A DNA stretch of 64,000 bases. Source: Takakia lepidozioides. Taxonomy: Eukaryota > Plantae > Bryophyta. Below are positions 50,594-61,895 of the stretch, piece after piece (the first letter of the stretch is position 1; every line of letters starts with the position of its first letter). Both the position numbers and the translations under genes were made by a program. The notes under the pieces were generated by a model. It did not search any database, was not told where the DNA came from, and saw nothing but the letters and a program-made list of their open reading frames with translations. The stretch is from NCBI GenBank assembly GCA_030704615.1, contig CM060732.1, positions 620,001-684,000 on the forward strand, in the 5' to 3' direction.

Positions 50594-51120
50594 TGTGGCA
50601 GACTACTTTATTGTGCATATATGTGTGGTGTGGTTTGGACAGCGATATAGTTGTGTAGCGATATGTATGCGCACGACAGCTGTCAAGTTAAATAAGCACA
50701 GTGTGAAAACAACTAGAATAAAGCTAGTTATTTGTATTTAACACTTGGATTTAGGTCAAGTGTTAAATCAGGTGTCAAGTTTAGTTGGACACCTGAACCG
50801 TCTTATCTTCACGAGAGCGGCAGTCGCGCAGCTCATCTCTCTCGAGTTGAGCCTGCGCGACCGAGCTCCTTCATCGTCTAGAACTGAGTGTACTTATGAT
50901 GGGAGGATAGGTTGTTGTGGGGTGGAGTCCCCATAGCTTGGGGTGCCCCTGGCTCGACTATTATCTGAAAGAGTGATGTTGAGATGGATTTCATGTTTCT
51001 TGTGTTAAGAGTGTGTTCTTAGCTTTTCTTATCATTGTGGCAGACTACTTTATTGTGCATATATGTGTGGTGTGGTTTGGACAGCGATGTAGTTGTGTAG
51101 CGATATGTATGCGCACGACA
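50594..51120 (+). repeat. 3' repeat block: B1 (50594-50678), GC, A2 (50681-51034), T, B2 (51036-51120)
   Basis: B1 and B2 are 85 bp with 1 mismatch; preceded by PPT-like AAGGGGGCGAT. Confidence 0.95.
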
Positions 51121-52753
51121 GAATTGGCAAACTCTTGCACACCCTGCTTCCCGACATCCTTCACCCGGAAGAGCATATGGGACAAGCTGGTGGCAATGAA
51201 GGCATTCTCAGTCACCCTGCAATGCCACATTTCCATCAAACAATACTGAAATGGGAATTTTGAACAAATATGAGGATTCGCAATGAATTGACTTACAAAT
51301 TTTGGGTCCAAAAGCAAGAGGCGTTGTAACTTACGAGTTGATGTCCGCCATTGCAGCTTTGAGAAGACTGCGATCTTTTGGGCCCCGCAACCTTCAGCAC
51401 AACACACTCCACGGCGAAATGCCAATCGAGGTTGTTGGGGTGGGCTTCGGCTATGTGCTCCATCCATGCCAGGAGGCGATGATTGCCGTCCCACACATAA
51501 AACATCTTCCCGGACAAGTGCTGGAAAAGAGGATCAGTAACAATTGATCTCTCGAACTCCTCATTTCGCCTTTGCTAATGGGGACCCCATTTGTCCACCT
51601 CATCGGAAGTGTGGGCACGGGAAGCTCCGTGGTCGTTCTCAATGGAAACGTAAAACGTGGCAGACCCCATTCGATATCCATCCCGGAAAGAGAATTTCAA
51701 CTTGTCGATATCACCTGGGAGGGCAGGTCTCACCACCTGCAAAGACACCAAGCGGCAAAGGGGAATTCGAAGCTTGGCCGGGTACACCATGCCCCCCAGC
51801 ACCCTGCCAATGTTGCTGTGGGTTGCCTCCAACATCTTGGCAGCGGCCAACTTCATATCCGCCTCGGACATGACGTCTGCTGCAGAGGGGTTCTCCGGCA
51901 GCCCACCAGGACCGCCAAATCCAGCCTGTATGCTGCGGGTTTGGGGCCTGGGGATGTCCGGGAGGATGTCATCCTGGTCAGAAAGCTCGGTGTCGTCCTC
52001 CTCAACATGGTGAACCACCGGCGAAACCACCTCGAGCACTCTCCCTGTCTCTACTGCCATCTCCCCGGCTTCACCTCGAACTTGCACAATCCGTGCTCTT
52101 TGTGGTGTTCTTTCCTCTCCTCCACTCTCCACCGTATGGGTAATTGCGGGGGCTGCTCTTGTCCGCGATGGTGTAACCGGTGTGTTACTGCCTCTTTGTG
52201 GTGTCTTGGAGGGATCCACCGCCTCTGTGCGTCCCTCGCTTACATTGGCATCTGTCATTTGGGCACCCCTGGCCTCTTCAGTGGCCTTTTCTCTTTCCTC
52301 CTGGCTAGCCTTCTGTCTCGCCTGTTCTTTTGCCCTCTCTTTTGCCCTCTCACGGGCTTTCTGTTTCTTACTAGGGCTAGCAGCAGGGGAGCCCTCCAGG
52401 ACGACCACCTTTGATTGAGAAGAAGGAACACCCTCGCGCGCACTGCTCACTCCCCCCTCCGCAGCCCGTGACGGCTCTCTCGCCGGGGATTGCATGTGCT
52501 TAGATTTCTTCTTCTTCTTTGCGTGGGCGGGCCCTATTGCATGTGCATCAACAACCTCTATTGCCGGATTTGCTGTCCTCACGTCCTCACGCCCTTCACC
52601 TGCCATGCCGCCTGCACCAACCTCCCCAATGCCTATTCTGTCGTGCCCTCGCTGCAGGTCCTCCTGTCCACCAACAAAAGGTTGAAGTTTGTCCTCTCGC
52701 CCCAAGTTGGGCGATTCAAACATGCGATGAGTTGGAGCGGTCGATGATACCAC
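51121..52753 (-). pseudogene. Copy C ParB-like gene, 5' part (continues at 39353-39138 and, after the inversion breakpoint, at 56843-57660 on +)
   Basis: IPLCRLVSLQVVRPALPGDIDKL..FRDGY...FYVS; FYVWDGNHRLLAWM; low-complexity charged N-terminus. Confidence 0.75.
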
Positions 52754-53394
52754 CAGCGTGCCGGGCTCGTCGTCACTCTGTCATTCCCAAAATCGTCAGA
52801 ACCAACATCGGTGCCAAAACCAGAATGGCAACGAGCAGCGCAACCACCATAGCAACAATCGTGGAACAACAATGAAAACAAAACAAGTTTAGGAAGTATG
52901 GAGTGCCATGAAACAACAATGAAAACAAATCCAACCAATGCCTAAGAATGACATGCTTCCAGCGATGCCAGGATGAAGATGCAAAAACAAAGCGAAACAA
53001 CAAAGCGAAAGCGAAAGCGAACAAAGCGAAAGCAGAAGTGGCTTGCCTGAGAGTACTCGGCTTCAGTTGGCGCGGGTTGTGAGCAAGACACTGGAATCTC
53101 CTGCTGGAGCTTAAGTTTGGCCATGCGAGAGATTGGCCGTTGTCCGTAGTACAACGCTTTCAACTTCCGCTGCGGTCTGGACGTGAGGTCTCTCTCAGGA
53201 GAGCCACGCCCTTCAGGCGGCATAAGTCCCAGCCAAAATGGAAAAAGATCTCAGTTTTTTGGGGTACATGCCTCGAATAGAAGTTAATCCAAGATTAGCA
53301 TCAGATTTAGGGTACGTATCGAGGAAGCCATGTGTCGCCGGCCCAAATAAAAACGGACGGCAGTGGACATTTAATGCCCATCCGCCAGGTACGG

Positions 53395-55330
53395 CAGCGC
53401 GCAAAATTTCCCTCATGCAGGTAATTCGGAGAGCAGCAGGATGGAAATTCATCGTTGAATTTCCATCCTGTCAGGTAGGGCGGCGTGCGAAATTTCCGCC
53501 ACGCAGGTAATTCGGAGCGGATGGATGGAAATCCGGCGCTAGATTTCCATCCTGCCGGGTAGGGCGGGGCGCGAAATTTCCGCCACGCAGGTAATTCGGA
53601 GCGGATGGATGGAAATCCGGCGCCGGATTTCCATCCTGCTGGGTAGGGCGGGGCGCGAAATTTCCGCCACGCAGGTAATTCGGAGTGGATGGATGGAAAT
53701 CCGGCGCCGGATTTCCATCCGCCAAGTTGGTCGGAGAGTGGATGGATGGAAATCCGGCGCCGGATTTCTATCCTGCCGGTTAGGGCGGGGCGCGAAATTT
53801 CCGCCATGCAGGTAATTCGGAGCGGATGGATGGAAATCCGGCGCCAGATTTCCATCCGGCAAGTACGGCGGCGCGCAAAATTTGCGTCATGCAGGTAATT
53901 CCGAGCGGATCAGGATGGAAATTCGGCGCCAAATTTCCATCCTGCAGGTTATTCGAAGCCCGGATGGATGGAAATCCGGCGCCGAATTTCCATCCAGCAG
54001 GTTACTCGGATCGCTGGCGGATGGAAATTCGGCGCCGAATTTCCATTCGCCAGGTAAGTCGAAGCGCCGAATTACCTTCCTAGAGGTAATTCTGAGCGTG
54101 GCCGCTTGGTTTTTCGGAGAAAAACAAAGTAAACTTTTAGTTTTGTGGCTGAAGTCCACTTTTAGACTCGTTTTTCATGGAATCCTTGACTGCTAGGGGG
54201 AAATCCGAACGGTCTCGGACGGAAATTCGGCGCCGTTCTTCCATCCTGTTCGGTTTTTATATCGTCCAGTTTTGGGCCTCACCACCCGACCGGACTTCCT
54301 TTGAGGGGGCCCGGATGGAAATTTGGCGGCGAATTTCCATCCGGGGGATGGTATCTGTCGGACAGGTGCCGGCCTCTACGCCCGAGGCGACTTCGTCCGG
54401 GCGTCACCTGTTTGATATTCGGGGCCGAATTTCCGTCCGGGGGTTGAAATGTGACGGCCAGGTGCCGGCCTCTCCCCCCTCCCTGACTGCATCCGAACCG
54501 CCTCGCACGGAAATTCGGCGCCGTTTTTCCATCCTGTTCGGTTTTTATATCGTCCAGTTTTGGGCCTCACCACCCGACCGGACTTCCTTTGAGGGGGCCC
54601 GGATGGAAATTCGGCGGCGAATTTCCATCCGGGGGATGGCCTCTATCGGACAGGTGCCGGCCTCTACGCCCGAGGCGACTTCGTCCGGGCGTCACCTGTT
54701 GGATATTCAGTGCCGAATTTCCGTCCGGGGGTTGAAATGTGACGGCATCCGAACGGCCCCGGATGGAAATTCAGCGCCGTTTTCCCATCTGGGGAGGTTT
54801 TTATGTCGGCCAGTTTTCGGCCTGCCCCCCCGACATGACTTCGTTTGGTGGGGCCCGGATGGAAATTCGGCGCCGAATCTCCATCCAGGGGATGCTATCT
54901 GTCGAACACGCACCAGCCTCTACGCCCGAGGCGACTTCATCCGGGCTTCCCCTGTTGGATATTCGGTGCCGAATTTCCGTCCGGGGGTTGTAATGTGAGG
55001 GCCAGGTGCCGGCCTCTCCCCCCTCCCCGACTGCATCCGAACGCCTCGGATGGAAATTCGGCGCCGTTTTTCCATCTGGGGAGGTTTTTATGTCGGCCAG
55101 TTTTCGGCCTGACCCCCCGACACGACTTCCTTTGGGGGGATCCAATGGAAATTCGGCGCTGAATTTCCATCCGGGGGTTGTTCTGTGTCGGACAGGTTCC
55201 GGCCTCTCTGCCCGAGGCGACTTCATTCGTGCGGCCCCTACTGGATATTCGGTGCCGAATTTTCATCCGGGGGTAGTAATGTGACGGCACGGTGCTGACT
55301 TCTCCCCTTCAGCCGACATCATCCGGACGG
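53395..55330. repeat. Intergenic palindrome arrays between the divergent genes
   Basis: ~85-bp units with the perfect 30-bp palindrome GGATGGAAATCCGGCGCCGGATTTCCATCC (e.g. 53607-53636), then longer units with GGAAATTCGGCGCCGAATTTCC. Confidence 0.95.
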
Positions 55331-55570
55331 CCCCCCACTTTCTGACTGCATACCGTTGGCAGTTATTGCGCAAAGACCAGGGGCCGCATTCCTGAGACAA
55401 GGTTCATTAACACTCTGACTGTGGATTTTTGAGATAGTTGGCTCCCTGGATTTGGATCAGGCTTCGTCACTCGGACAAATCGGCACCGCATTCCTTCCCA
55501 TCGCTGCATCCCCCTTCTACCAGGGAGCTTGCCCGCACGCCATCCTGGGAGTCTTGTGTGCACATCTCCC

Positions 55571-56842
55571 ATGGCGGAAAACCCGAGCGCTACAGTGTAC
55601 TGCCCTCCTCACGAGCATAGAGCTTCATTTCCGTGCAGAGGGGACATCTGCCGGGTGATGGAGAAATATCTGTGCGTTCGATACCACCTGAAACCGGGGT
55701 CGGTTTTTTTGGAGGAGGAAAGGAAGGACTCAAATGGCGTTGTTGTCGAGAGTATTGTTGTGCTCCACGATGATTTCGGCGATGGCAGGGAATGGCGAGT
55801 TCCACCATCGGACAGCGTCATATACAGGGCTGTTGGGGACTTCATTTGCCCGCCAAATGCACCTTCTATCCTAGCGCCTTCCACGAAACAATCCGCGAAT
55901 CAGAGAGTGGCTACCTCAAAGAGAGAAGTCCGCAACGAAGTAAATCCAGAGTCGAACCCATCCATGAAGACGAGCAAGAACCGAGTTGTTCACAACCTGT
56001 CCGACTCAGACGAGGTCATGGAAGTTCCGAGGTCGTCCTGGAGATCAGGCAAGTCCTCAATGGACGTCAGTGGACGAGGGAGTCATATTCCCAGCACAAG
56101 CACCGCAGTTCGATCTATTCTTGAAATTCTGCGAGGGCTTCACATGGAAGGACACTGCTCGGAGCTGGCCGGGCTGGACTACAACAAGTTCGCAATTAAA
56201 TCGATTACATGCCTTCCCGCAGACGTCGACGGTAATATCTTCTTTGAGTTCCCTCCTTGGACGGACTACTCGAGGGCGTCCGGAATGTTGACAGATATGG
56301 ATAGAAAACATGATGGTCATCCTTGGTGTGTCACCAAAACCACCAGCATGAAGATGCTCGATGGTGTGCGGGTGCGCTACGTTGTTTGTGCGGGCGCGTT
56401 GCGGTGTTTCTCCCCAACTTGCTTCCATTTTAAATCCAGAGGTCACAGGAACGAGACCGATTGGATAGGCACAGCTCATCAACCATTTCGTGCTCAGAAG
56501 AAGGTTTCGAACTCCACATTTAAGTGTGCGCATTACAAAGAACCACCACACTGCATGTCTGTTTGTAATGCCAAGCAGTTCTATATGTTGCACCGTTTCC
56601 CTAACCTCACCCGAGCTTGCATACACGTTGGTTCCCATTGTCACAAATTGGCGAGGGGGAACTCGCGGGAGGCTGCGCACGAGGCAGAGCAGCTCGTTCA
56701 GGAGGAGGTTAAGTTGAGACCGGGTGCCAAACCCAAACAGATACAGCTCCAAGCCACCCATAAGATGGCCTTGGCCAGAATTATGTCGGAAGACGGCTCC
56801 GATAGAGTTCCTCTCGATGAGAAGGAAATGGAGGCATTTTGG
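55571..56842 (+). pseudogene. Copy C transposase N-terminal part (GCM-like domain), inverted relative to its C-terminus
   Basis: MDRKHDGHPWCVTKT...CAGALRC...GSHCH; open frame up to LDEKEMEAFW. Confidence 0.85.
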
Positions 56843-57660
56843 CACATGCGTGGAGGTTCTATATGGAGTCAGAGGAGAAGAATCTAACCCTCCCGGCACT
56901 CGAATCGTATCTCAAAGCTGCGGAGGTGAGGGCCCGCATAAAGTACAAGTCGCGGATGGTAAAGTACGTGGCCATAGCTGATCCCGCCCTTGGTGCCGAC
57001 TTTCTGGTGGAGGTGGGGAAGCACTACTCCCGCGCTCTGAAGCCCACGATGACATTGGAGAAGCTCCATCGTCTAGCCACATCCTGTGTGGATGGTGCAG
57101 AAAAGGTGATACATTCTTAACCAAATTGTGGTGGCAACAACTCGTTTTTGTGGTGTTTGGCGCTTACGAATATGCTGGGTGGTTGGACAGACCCGGTGGC
57201 TCCAAATCTGGAATGGTTCCCAAAGTACAAGGGACATGTGGAGCTTCCCCAAACCGGACAAACTGTCTGACCCCACATTCGACATGTGGATGAACCGCAT
57301 GACATGGTGGTTTCAGGTACTTCCCCACGCTTCGTTTGGCGCTTCTACTCTTGTAGGGGGTGGATTCATTGTATTTTTTCAGCAATGCGATCTGATGGAG
57401 AATCTCCACAGGTGACGACGAATGCGCAAGAGCAGCTGGACACACAAGCACATCAGTTCAAGATGGAGATTTCTCCTGCAGCAGAGAGCCTACGCGACTA
57501 TGTGACGAGGTACTTTCTGCTCTACAAAACCGACCTATTCTTTCGGGAGATACCACATGCCCGCCGGAGCCACGAGTTCACCGACCAGCCGAACGCGGAC
57601 AAAGCAGCAATGCGCCTTTTGTACAGGTACATACGCGATGCCTTCCTTTCAGTCCTTGCA
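56843..57660 (+). pseudogene. Copy C ParB-like gene, downstream exons
   Basis: IADPALGADFL...EKLHRLA, RWLQIWN and LFFRE match the 12250-13008 region. Confidence 0.75.
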
Positions 57661-58385
57661 TTTTTCGCCGAATTTCCAAATCAGGGCTCCGAAAATGGCT
57701 AAGTCCCTAGGGTGGCTGGCCCTGAACTGGAAATTCGGCGTCATTTTTCCAGGTCAAGGCCATATGGGACAGCCACTTTCGGGCCGGACCTGGGAAAATG
57801 GCGCCGAATTTCCAGTCAGGGCTCCGAAAATGGCTAAGTCCCTAGGGTGGCTGGCCCTGAACTGGAAATTCGGCGCCATTTTTCCAGTTCTGGGCCCTAT
57901 TGCCGTTCTGGGACTTAGCCATTTTCGGGCCGGACCTGGGAAAATGGCGCCAAATTTCCAGTCAGGGCTCCGAAAATGGCTAAGTCCCTAGGGTGGCTGG
58001 CCCTGCACTGGAAATTCGGCGCCATTTTTCCAGTTCTGGGCCATATTGCCTTTGCGGGACTTATCCATTTTCGGGCCGGACCTGGGAAAATGGCGCCGAA
58101 TTTCCAGTCAGGGCTCCGAAAATGGCTAAGTCCCTAGGGTGGCTGGCCCTGAACTGGAAATTCGGCGCCATTTTTCCATTTCTAGGCCCTATTGCCGTTC
58201 TAGGACTTAGCCATCTTCGGGCCAAACCGGGAAAAATGGCGCCGAATTTCCAGTTCAGGGCTCCCAAGATGGCTAAGTCCCTAGGGTGGCAGTCACCGAA
58301 AACCAAAATTCCGCGCCATTTTTCCATTTCTAGGCCCACTCAGATCCGCCCCAACCTGGGAAAATGGTGCCGAATTTGCAATTCA
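57660..58385. repeat. ~135-bp tandem units with GGAAAATGGCGCCGAATTTCC palindromes
   Basis: Several near-identical units. Confidence 0.95.
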
Positions 58386-59054
58386 GCGACCTCATTGTGT
58401 TTTTCATGAATGCAGGTATTGCAAGTTCTCCCTTTTGGAGAAAGGTCATCTGTCTTTCGAGCCACCATTCTTCCTGGCATGGAGGAACCCTGGGGCTGAC
58501 TCCATGTACACTGACGATAGTGTGAAGGAGTGGCATCTGGAACATTTGCGTGATTGGGGGCCATTGTGGGTGGGGTGCAGGTATAGGCCAATATCCTGCA
58601 GAATTTGGAGGGTAGCAATCAGTATAGACCACATGGAAGTGGTAAGAGGATGCTGCCTGCCCTATATGCCTGTTTGGGTGAGTAAGGAGTAAGTAATGGA
58701 AGGGGTATTTTGTGGATGGGCTAGTGTCTTTGTAGGATGAATGGGGTAGAGTGGTGTGTGGTCATGAGGTATAGATTGTTGGCATCGTTTGTGGGTACCT
58801 GTAATAATACCAGGGGTGTGTCTGGTGTGACATTGGTATGATACAGAAAGAGTATGGGGGGTGCTGATTATGCGGAAGAGGAGAACATAATAGTGGAAAG
58901 AGAAGGGGGCAGGGCCCCTAGATGGCCAACAGTAGTTAGTGTCGAGCTGAGACTCATTGGGGGATGTTGAGTGCCTTTCTGCTTGGAGATCTTGGAAGAG
59001 AGTTCCCGGGGGGCAGACATAGTAGTGAGAAAAGATGGGGGCAAGGCCCCTGGA

Positions 59055-59414
59055 TGTCCAACAGTACCTACTTATGCTGCCCGGCTTGCTTCGGTGTCCA
59101 TTAGGAGGTGTTCCGAACCTAGTCGTGTACAGCAGATTTTAGACGAGGCAATCCTCAAGAAAATGAAGATGAGGAAGGAGGCAGCAGCTATTAGAGCCCA
59201 TCGGGCTCGTAGATTTGTGTTGGATTCTGCTGAGGAAAGTGGGGGAGAAGAGGCAGAAGAATCCCAGGAGGTGAGGTGGACAGTCCCCCAAGGAGAGGAC
59301 AACATTTTTGAGAGGCATAGTGCAACCGACGCATCACAGAGCTCGGAGGATGGGGGGGATGAGGGGGATGAGGAAGAAGGAGGGCCAAGTTCCTCGGAAG
59401 GTGTAGGAGAGTAG
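59055..59414 (+). pseudogene. Copy C last exon of the MTase-associated gene
   Basis: VPTYAARLASVSIRRCSEPSRVQQILD...RRFVLDSAEES matches LPSYAAKLANTAIRRCENPNKVEQILE...RKFICDSADES at 20351-20580. Confidence 0.75.
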
Positions 59415-59789
59415 TTCCCATTCCTGCTATGACAATTAGGACACACTTGTATAGACGTGGCTTGCCACCAAATTTGCAATAAAATGTTGCATTTCATTGC
59501 TATGACGAGTCCACATGACCCTATTTCCGTGCCTCCTAACCCTATTTCCGTGGACACAATTCGGCCCGCTCATGCTTTTTTTTTTTCCGCTCATGCTCAT
59601 GCCGCTCATGAAATAGCAGCCCCCCCATCACACTGCTCTCAATTACTATTAATTCACCCATCAATTACTATGGTACTCCCCACCACATGCCCGCATGTGA
59701 TTTACAATCAGGCTGTCTATTTGGTCCGTCCCCCCGGGGTTCTGTACAGTGATATCCGAACAGAGAGACACTCAACACCCCACAATGAG

Positions 59790-61692
59790 TCTAAGCATAG
59801 TAGTCCCTTTCTGGACTAGGCATGAAATCCCCCCTGGCAAAAAAATGCACGTTCATCCTGCCCATGAACTCCGGTGTAGACGTCCCTCCTGCCGTACTTG
59901 GCATCCTACAGTAAGAACAAACCCACTTCAAGAATGTCAATACCAGCAGAAGCAGAAAGGGTAATAAGAGAGCGAAGGGAGGTGCCTCACAAAATCTGGA
60001 GGCAACTTACAATGCGACCACTCACTCGTACACCGGGGGCTCCTCGGCCTCGATCCCAACTTGTTCCTCCCCTTGCTCCTTCTCGGATTTTTCCTCATCC
60101 TCCGAGGATGCCTCTTCCTCTTTCGGCAGACGTTCAGCCACTACAAGTTCCGAGTTGTGGAGGGCAGTATCTGGCTCGAAGGCGAACACATGCCTGTCGG
60201 ACAACGTCCCTGCCCACATTGAAGCACCTGAGGAACAAAGCGGGCGATTAATAGCTTGCGGCATGCAATTGCAATCGGGCCAGGGGACCAAACTGAGCAC
60301 GTGAAGGCTTACCCGTGCCGCATGTGAGGTCCAGAATCCGCCCTTGGACATCCGAGCACGTCTCCATGAGGGTTTGGATGAAAGCAGGGCTCCGGGTCCG
60401 GCTGTACCGCCACGGTTTGCCTGTCTTTGTGTCCTTCGCATACTGGAGTGGGGCACATAGTTGTAGAGGACATCGTAGGTAACAGGGTCCACCAGCGGCA
60501 TCAACAAGACGACCGTCGTTGCGGGAATTGAACGTAGACCCTCTCTTCACAAAGCAATAATGCCTCAAACACCAATGTCTCACATCCAACAAAATAGGGA
60601 TCAACTCCGGGATTTGTTTAGATACACACAATATGAGGTGAATGCAATAGATTGATAACTTACACTTTGCCCGCTGTGTTCGCAACCCTTGTGTATTGAT
60701 GCAGAACCATTTTCTGAGGAGGACCGGGGTGACACTTTTCGGTGTCCACCTTGCCACCGCATTCTCTGTGGTTTTCCCTCTTGTGGCAAGGACAACACAT
60801 CCACCGTCATCCAGAAGCTCCCCACCAGCCCAAAACCGGCTTTCCAGTAAGTAGTCTCAGTAACCTGTTCCAAGGGCACACAACCAGGCCCTCCAGCAGT
60901 CACCATCTGGAATGTCGAGGAGAATCATGTCGCAAGCTCTCTCCACCTCAACCCCCCCCCCCCCCCCCGAGTGCTCTTGCAATCCGTGCTCACAGCCGTG
61001 AAGAATTCCATCATGGCCTCAAAACCAGGGGTGTCTTTAGGCTCTGTACCGGCAGCCCTCTTCTTGGCTTTCCCCTTCTGCTCCGCCAGAGACTTGCTGT
61101 GTGCCACCTTCTTCGCCCTGGCAGTGAGAGCGTCAAGGAAGCTCTCATTGACGCATTGGATGATGGTTGGAGGTTCTAGCTTTGGCCTGTGCGTAAACGT
61201 CACCGCCGAATACCGTCGTGTAGGCTCGCCCTCAAATGCCAACTTCTTGGCAGAGCCAGTCCCACTCCGAACTGACTTGGGAACCCGGACGACTGGTGAC
61301 TGGGTAGCAGCAACAGCAGTCGTAGGACCTTGAACAAAGTCGTCGTCCGAGTCACTCTCTTGGGTCCCCTCCTGCGCCTGCTCCGATGCCCCGATGGTTT
61401 TCTGTTTTTTGGGTGTTACTGCACTCACCTGTTTCCTTGTCCTTTTCCTTTGGCCTTTACTTTTCTCATTCAATTTCTCCTGAATTTCTGCCTAAGCAAG
61501 CTCTGCCGCTTTCCTGGAGTTCGCAAGCGCTTTTGCCTCTTTTGCACCCAGCGGAGGCGATGGAGCCCGGTTTCGTCGGGCCTCAGCATCCAGCTTGAAT
61601 TGAAACTCGGATGGGTCGAGCATGCCGGGCGGAAGGTCCATCCCCCCTCCCACACGGGCGGCCCCAGCCATCCCCTCCTCACCACAACACAT
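59790..61692 (-). pseudogene. Beta-class amino-DNA-methyltransferase-like gene, copy D
   Basis: CDMILLDIPDG (60901-60934, motif IV-like) upstream of RSPAFIQTLMETCSDVQGRILDLTCGTG|ASMWAG..RHVFAFE (motif I); intron 60228-60312 at the same position as in copy E. Confidence 0.65.
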
Positions 61693-61895
61693 CTATTCAA
61701 AGGTTTCCGTCCAATCTGCACCAAGCTACTCTCATAATAAGGATGGGTGACCCCCTCTCCCCCCCACCCAGTTAAAATCAGCCATCCCCTCCTCACCACA
61801 ACACATCTATTCAAAGGTTTCCGTCCAATCTGCACCAAGCTACTCTCATAATAAGGAAGGGTGACCCCCTCTCCCCCCCCACCCAGTTAAAATCA
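61665..61895. repeat. 114-bp tandem duplication
   Basis: Two near-identical copies starting at 61665 and 61779. Confidence 0.9.

Larger units (their letters stand above)
39354..51120 (+). mobile_element. Full-length Gypsy with a C5-DNA methyltransferase, a PHD finger and split terminal repeats
   Basis: 4-bp TSD GAAT (39350-39353 and 51121-51124). The ParB-like exon reads in frame across the empty site (QEFANS/LSADLLRK). Domain order gag-PR-DNMT-RT-RH-IN-PHD. Confidence 0.95.
37639..59624. mobile_element. MULE copy C: complete element with imperfect TIRs and a 9-bp TSD; contains an inversion and a nested Gypsy
   Basis: Left end GAGGTTAGCTATTTCATGAGC; right end reverse complement GGGGGCTGCTATTTCATGAGC; TSD CCATCACAC at 37630-37638 and 59625-59633. 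Confidence 0.9.

Noticed and set aside
39354-51120. DIRS/Ngaro classification based on split repeats and a methyltransferase
   Set aside because: It has an aspartic protease, a DDE integrase, a TSD and a C5 (not adenine) methylase; no tyrosine recombinase is seen.
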